Assembly: GCA_958009085.1 (NCBI GenBank)
Contig: OY253671.1
Coordinates: forward strand, 1 to 64,000
Length of the DNA stretch: 64,000 nt
Reading direction: 5' to 3'
From: Protoeuglena noctilucae
Lineage: Eukaryota
Positions within the stretch are counted from its first letter, which is position 1. Each line of letters starts with the position of its first letter. A program made the position numbers and the translations under genes. Positions 57,211 through 64,000 of this stretch are shown in pieces. The notes below the pieces were generated by a model. That model did not search any database. It had not been told where the DNA came from and was given only the letters and a program-made list of their open reading frames with translations.

Positions 57211-60200
57211 ATGGCGATTGCGGAGGACATCCGGCAGGGCGTCCTCTGCGTGGGCCCGCGATGCCCGCCGGCGTACGAAAAGCGCAGCCGCGTGCGTCTG
57301 ACGCGGTTCAAGAACCACGAGAGGTGCGGTGCGGGAAGCTGGGGCCGCCTCGTGAGTCACCAGAGCGGGCGTTGGCATCGGCATGTCGCGGCCTACCCGG
57401 GGCCCTTGCGCGACCCGCGGGGGGTGGCGGAGGTTGGCAGGCCGGAATCGGGGATAAATTTGCGTATCTGTGCACACTCGCATTGCCATCGGTGGCCCTC
57501 TCTGCCCCGCCGCCCCCGATACTCGCCCGTGGCGATGCGCCCCTTCCGCGCCCGTCCCCGCACTCCCCTGCGCACCTCCCGCCGCGCTGACGTCCACCCA
57601 ATATACTTTATTTACAGGATAGGCGGCAGGAGTCCCTGGTCGGTGTTCCGCGCGCTGGACACGAGCACGGGTGGCATCGTGATAATCAAGGTGTTGGATT
57701 TGGGCGAGGCAAAGCCGGAGGTCCGCGAGGACGTCCTAAAAGGAGTCCATGTGCACGCGAGACTTGGTGAGAATCGGAGCCGGACCCGACGCGATGGGCG
57801 TGAGACTGCTGGGGTGCTGCATGGTGGGGTGTGGTCCGCAACCCCACACATTGCCTTATCGACTGTGCCCCGCCGACCACCCCCGCATGCCCCCACATTG
57901 CCCATCACCTGTGCCCCGCACACCTCATTCCCGCATTTTCCCATCACACCTGTGCCCCGCAGACCACCCCCACATCGCCCCACCTTGCCCCCATCACCTA
58001 TCTGCCCCGCAGACCACCCCTACATCGCCCCTCTGTGGCTGGCGTTCCGTGAGGGTGACCTGCTGGTCCTGCTGATGCCCGAGGCCCGGGGGTCGCTGCG
58101 GAAGCTCTTTGGGAACGTGTGCCGGGACGAGATGTCAGTCGCGAAGGTGAGAGAATGGGAGGGGTGGATGTTGGTAGTGGTGATAGTGAGAGAGATGTCG
58201 GTGGCCAAGGTGAGAGAATGGAGAGAGAGGGGTGTTGGTAGTGGTGATAGTGAGGATGGTCAAGAGAGATGTTGGTGGCGAAGGTGAGAGATGGGGTTGT
58301 TGTTGGTGATGGTGAGGAGAGAGATGTCGGTGGCGAAGGTGAGGCAGCAGTGAGAGAGAGATGTCCGCATCCACCCACCACCCCACACCTGTCTTCCCCC
58401 ACTCAATCACTCCCACCATTCACCTCTCCTCGCCCTGCCCAACTCAGCCGCACACACCACCCCACACAATCACACCCACCACTCCACCCCACCCCCCTTA
58501 ACCCCCCCAGAAGGTCATCCTCCCCCTCCTCTCCGCGCTCGGCCACATGCACCACTCGGGCCTGGCACACCACGACGTGGCGTTGGAGAACGTCCTCGTC
58601 AGTTTCTCGGGCCGCGTGATGCTGGCGGACCTACAGAGCGCGCGCGCCATGCCGCCCTCGTACAACGTCGACGAGGAGATCGAGCCTGGGTGGCAGAAGG
58701 TCACGTGGTCGAGTCGGGACCTGGTCTCCCAGGCGGAAAAGAAAAAGAAGGCGGAGGAGGAGCTGCCGGACAACGCGAGGTTCATGCGGGGGCGGTTCGG
58801 GTGGGCGGGGGACGTGTGGGGGATCGGGCTGCTGACGTGGGAGCTCATCAGCGCGGGTGAGGGGGGGGGGGGGGTGGATGTGGGGTGGGGTGGATGGTGT
58901 TGATGACCTGGGAGCTCATCAGCGCAGGCGAGGGTGGGGTGGATGTGGGGTGGGGGTTGGAGAGTGGGGTTGGGGTGGATGAGTGGGTGGGAGTGGGTGT
59001 CGTTAAAGTGGGGTGGTGAATGAGGGTGTCTGTCATCTCCTGAAGACTGACTAATCAGCTCAGCAATCGCGTGAATGTGAAATGTACCGCACCTGACTTA
59101 TCTACGCCTGCCCCACCCCCCCTTGCAGCGGTGCTGGGCGGCGTGATGCGTCTGCGTGGCTACGAGGGTTCAATCGACGACATCGTGCTCCGTCACGACT
59201 TCGTGTCTCTGATGCCCGAGGCCCAGGACTTCATCCGCAAGTGCCTGCGCACGCGGCCCATGCAGAGGCCCACGGGTGAGATGGACTGACTGGCTGACTG
59301 ACTGACTGTCCTTCAATTACAGCCACAGTAGAGACCCATGGGTGAGACACGGACTGACTGACTGACTGACTGACTGACTGACTGCATGGGACACGTCCGT
59401 GCGTGCATATGTCAGGGGTGAATGAGACACGATGCCCCTTACCAGCCCCCATCTCTCTCCATCCACCCCATTCATACCCCCCCGTTGTCGAGCAGCTCAC
59501 CACCACCCCCATGCCATATCACATCTAGTCTACTAGCTACCATTTACGCATCTCTCTCTCCCCCCCCCCCAACCGCAGTCGAGCAGCTCTACCACCACCC
59601 CTTCGTCACCCAGGCCGCCAGTCTGCTGTCGTGGATCCGCCAGAAACCACGGGCGCGCCAGGCGGCTGCAGCCAGGCACGGCCACGGCCGCACCCACGGG
59701 CCATTCCTGCCCATGGTCAACAGGCGAGTGCAGGCTGGGTGATTGGAAATGACCAAAAGTCATTAATTAACATGGATATGTGTATATCATCACAGACACG
59801 GTAGCATTGATGGTCTACAATAGCGATAGCAAAGTCGACGCACCACCCACTCTCACTCCCACCCCCTCTCTCCCACGCAGTGCGCTGTCCGCCGCACCCC
59901 CCGCGCTGCCCGAGTGGGCCAGGCCGGACGCCGACCGTCGCCGGTCCGCCAGCCTCGGCCCAGGGCCCCGCAGCAGCAACCCGGGGAACGCCACCGCCAC
60001 CCCCAACGTCCCCGCCGCATTGCGCGCCCCCACCGCCACCCCACCCACCGCCACTGCCACCTCCCGCGCCCCCACCGCCACCTCCGGGGCGCCCTTCCGC
60101 GCACCCCCGCCCCCCCCCCCGCCGCTCGCCTTCCCCCCCGGTGCCTCCCTCGGGGTCCGCCGCAGCGTGGCATCGCTGCCAGCCATCCTGTCAGAAACGT

Positions 60201-60508
60201 CGTTCGGCACCCTGGCGTCGATGGCCGGGGTGGGGTCAGCCGTGGCTGCCAAGAAGCGTCCGCTGATGCGGCCCATCGTTCATCCTGACGAGGCAGTCGA
60301 TAATGGGGAGAAGGAGGGCGGGAGGCATGGGGCGGGTGCAGGGCAGGCGGGGGTGGCAGTGCGGGGGCAGATGGGGATGCAGGCGGGAGCGCCAGTGGGA
60401 GTGCAGAGTGGAGCGCATAGGGTAGCAGAGGGCGGTTTGCCGGGTCTCATGGACCCACAGGCGCGGCTGCCGGGGATGGGCAGGCGGGGAGGGCGTGACG
60501 TGACGTGA
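57211..60508 (+). CDS. Divergent Ser/Thr protein kinase-like protein (Aurora-like scaffold), probable pseudokinase
   Basis: IVIIKV, HPYIAPLW, HHDVALENVL, LADLQSA, DVWGIGLLTWEL, AQDFIRKCL..RPMQRPT..LYHHPF; low-complexity C-terminal tail. Confidence 0.8.
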
Positions 60509-60731
60509 GCGGGTGGGATAAGTGATGTGTGATGTGTGACGGTGCTTGGTGAGGGCTGGCGATGTGTGCGACGGTCGATAACAACGAATGAATACATACA
60601 GTTTAATACTAACGTATGTACTTGACAGCATAGCACGGATATGCATGGATTGACGCTCGCAACGGTCGATAGCCCCATCAGTGCAACTCAAATGCACGAT
60701 TTACGAAGCACATTACATAAATTCCCTCTGT

Positions 60732-62512
60732 TCACATCAGCCGCAGCATCTCCACCGCGTATCTCCCCTTGGCCGTCTCAGTCACCGCCCGCACCTCCAC
60801 GCGCCCCTTCCCCGTGCACGATATGACGTCCCCCGCATGCACTGTCGCGCTGGGCTTAGACACCACGCGCCAGTTGACCTTGACGTCGCCCGACGAGACC
60901 AGGTCGGCCATCTGGGTGTGGTGAGAGGAGGGGGGTTGATGTTGGGGCAGTGAGGTTTGCGATTATGGGGAGCAATTATGGGAGTGACAAACACCAGGTC
61001 GGCCATCTGAATGGGGAGAGAGGAGGGGAGGGTGTGTGTGTGACAGTGAAGCTGTTATGAAGCCATCTGATTGGGGATGTCCATTCTCAAGTCCCCAATT
61101 ACAGAGCATTGGATTTGCTCAACACATTATCACCACCTGCCATGCCCCTTCACCCTCATCCCCCCTCACCTTCCCCCGGCTGACCCCGAACCCGGCCGAC
61201 GCCACCGCGTCGACCCTCAGCGACGCCTCCACGCTGCGCACCTCCCTGGCACGCGTCTCTGGCACGATGATGTCAGAAAACGGCACCTCTGTCACGGCCA
61301 CCGGCACGGTGCGTACGGAGGTGAGCGAAGCCGTCACGTGCATCGCCACCTCGCGTTTGATGAGCAAGTGGCATCCTTTCTCGCCGTTCACAATCACGTC
61401 CCCCACGCACCCCCTCTCGATGCCCGTCGCCAGAATGGCACCTAAAAAGTCGCGGTGGGTGGCGGGGTCGAAGAGGAAGTTGCCGTCCACCTGAAGGGTG
61501 GGAGAGAGGGGGGGTGGAGGGCGAGATGTGAGGTGTGAGGGTGGGGGGGTGCTGAAGTGATGTGGTGCAGTGACTGTAATCCACCTGCACAGCAGTGATG
61601 CAATGTGATGGGGAGCAGGGGCGCAGGTGGGCAGTAACCAAACGTACACACCGCCACTACCCCACTCATGACAACACATCGCAAGTGTCCACAAGTAAGC
61701 TAAGCTAATTGTAGTAAGTAAACCTTTGCATCCAATCGCAACTACCATCACCTGCAGCGCCGCGATGCCCTCCGCAGCCGCCCCCTCCTCTCCCAGCGCC
61801 CCCACCACCTCGGGATGCCCCACCACCAACGCACGACGCTCGGCACCCGCGTACCCGCCCACCGCCACGCCAGAGGCAGATGCGAGGCGGGAGAGGGCAT
61901 CTAGCGCTGATTGTTGCACGGGAGGATAGAAGAAATCCGTTGTCGCTGCGGGCGGGGTGCGGGAGAGGGTGGGCGAAGGGAAGCGTGGGTTGGGGATGCC
62001 AATGCACATTAAACGGGCTGCTCCGTGTATCTGGCGGGTCCTCGCCTGTGCTCCATCGGTCGGCTGCTGATTCTGCCTTTTCCAGCACGCGCTCGACCAT
62101 CGCCCTCGTCTGCGCGAACGAGGAGAGTCGAGAAACTCGCGCCGAGTTGCAACCCGGTCCCTCGCGTGGCACGCGCAGGGCGTCCGGCGCTGGTCTGCGC
62201 GTCCAGAGCATATCACCTCTTGATCCAAATGCTGCACGAAGCTGGCGTATCGCTGGGCGCTGCGGGGAGGGGCCGCGCGGCATCGATGAAGGTGCAGACC
62301 CACACGCAGCGCCGCGAGCGAGCGGCCGATGTCGATTGCGCGCAAGTAAAGCACAAGATACTTTGGGTATCAAAGTCCTCGGCATACCTGGCGGCGACGT
62401 TACGCTGCCGGCAACGTAGCTGCTCGGCTGCGGGGCTGCGCGTCGGTCTCCGGCTGCCCAGGCCGGCCCATCGAGCCCGCCGGGCGAGGAGGCCGAGAGG
62501 TGCGCGATGCAT
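60732..62512 (-). CDS. YlmH/Sll1252-family photosystem II S4-domain RNA-binding protein
   Basis: TDFFYPP, GGYAGAERR, GNFLFDPATHRDFLGAILATGIER..VGDVIV, EASLRVDAVASAGFGVSRGK, GDVKVNW...GKGRVEV; TGA at 60732. Confidence 0.92.
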
Positions 62513-62780
62513 AATGCCGCAGAGCACAGAGTGAGACAGCCGGAGGATGGATTAAGCGGCCAACGGTGACTCTCTTAGCAACCACCTCCACGACGGCCAC
62601 GCGTCTGAGAGACCGCAGCGCTGATCAATGGCGGATTGCGCACGACAGACTGCAGAACAGCAGTGACATTTTATCGGCAGCACATGACACGCGCAGCGAC
62701 ACGTGCCAGCAACGCTCGCGCCAGACCATCGATTCAATGTCGTGTTTACAGCTGCGCTGTCAACTCCCATCCCACGCAGC

Positions 62781-64000
62781 CTATCTCCCCCGCCCACGCT
62801 CCTCATCCCTCTCCCTGCCCCTCCCCCAATCCCTGTCCCTATCTCTCCTATCCCTCTCTCTGTCCCGATCTCTATCCCGCTCCCTCTCTCTATCCCGCTC
62901 CCTATCCCTCTCCCTCTCTCTATTCCTGTCCCTATCACCACCACCACCACGCTCTCTCCATCCATCTCCACGCCCCTCACCCCTCCACCGCCCATCCCCA
63001 CGACCCCCACCCCTGTTGCCACCCCTCTCACGCTCACCGCCCCTCTCACGCTCACGCTCGCTACCCCTATCCCTGTCCCTGTCCCTCTCCCTCTCTCTCT
63101 CTCCACCCCTCCCATCCCCCCTCTCCCTCTTCCCCCCACCCCACTCCCCCCCCCTCCCCTCCTCCCTGCCCCTCTTTCGCCCATCCCCCCTCCCACCCCC
63201 CACCCCCCCCACCCCCTCATCCCCCAACAGCATATCCGCACCCCCCCTCGCATTCCCCCCCATACCCATACCCATGCCCACCCTCGCCCCCCGCACCGCC
63301 CCCTCCTTTATTTCAATGTTAGACCACGCGCCCTGGCCGCCCCCACGCACGTGACTGCGAAGGGGAATAGAGATGGGAATGGGGATAAGAAGTGGTGTGT
63401 GCATCTACTTCCATCACCGGTAATGTGATTGCTACCAAAGAATATGAACCACAATCTCAACTATCACAACTGATAATCTATTGTCCACACTGATAGACTG
63501 TTACCATTCATTAATAGTACTTAATACTATTAAGTAGCATCCCCCCCTCACCGGTCTGCCTCGGCCGCCATCCCCGCGTCCCCCCCCCCTTTCCCCCTCA
63601 ATTTGAATTGCTTCCATAGCTTGGCCACCGATTGAGAGAAGTCCACCTTGATGCGGCGGTCGTCGATCAGGCTGGGGGGAGTGGGGTGGGGAATCCACAT
63701 TGATTAGTATTACTGAGAACTAACCAACATCTTGAAGTACGCTTCACCCACCTATTATTGTCCATCAAGTAAAGTATACTATATATTAGTATACTTAGTA
63801 TATAGTATACTAGTATATTTACTATGTACTAGTATATTTATGCACAACCCATCCCTCACCAGTTGTTCATCTTGAAGTACGCCTCCTCGGCCGCCTGCTC
63901 CGATTCGAACCCGATGAATCCGTAGTTGAGACTGTCGCCCGTCTTGTAGTCGCGAATGATGTTGCAGTCCACCACCTGAGATGGGTTGGGGAAGGAATGA
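62781..64000 (-). CDS. PPIL4: RRM-containing cyclophilin CYP59/PPIL4, 3' part (5' end lies beyond the window)
   Basis: [55 protein letters not shown] followed by an RD/RE-rich tail; TAG at 62781. Confidence 0.9.

Noticed and set aside
58129..58345. Repeat-spacer pattern resembling a CRISPR array
   Set aside because: The repeats are copies of a kinase exon end plus donor site, the spacers are low-complexity G-rich intron DNA, the context is eukaryotic and no cas genes are present.
63510..63840. AT-rich palindromic stretches (ttaatagta-cttaa-tactattaa; agtatact repeats) as a possible MITE
   Set aside because: The inverted repeats are too short and low-complexity, with no target-site duplication or second copy in the window.

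Overview
Chromosome end of a GC-rich, intron-rich eukaryote, most likely a green alga. This is inferred from plastid-type genes (PDH E2, ilvD, NAGS/argA, CPP1-like, YlmH/Sll1252, a cyanobacterial-type radical SAM). The window begins with a (CCCTAA)n telomere and about 2 kb of subtelomere. It then holds 19 spliced protein-coding genes on almost strictly alternating strands, with one 200-N scaffold gap that truncates two of them. Gene models were spliced by hand and family assignments are from memory of conserved motifs, not database searches. The most unusual signal is in the introns. At about 20 splice junctions, the last or first 20-55 nt of an exon, usually with its splice site, is repeated 55-130 nt away inside the neighbouring intron ('exon echoes'). 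These apparently non-coding copies differ from the exon mostly at synonymous codon positions. Other notable features are at least 15 GC-AG introns, a G-rich / AT-rich / C-rich intron architecture, tandem NHX antiporters with His-rich tails, a probable pseudokinase and a USP22-like enzyme with a very large low-complexity insert.
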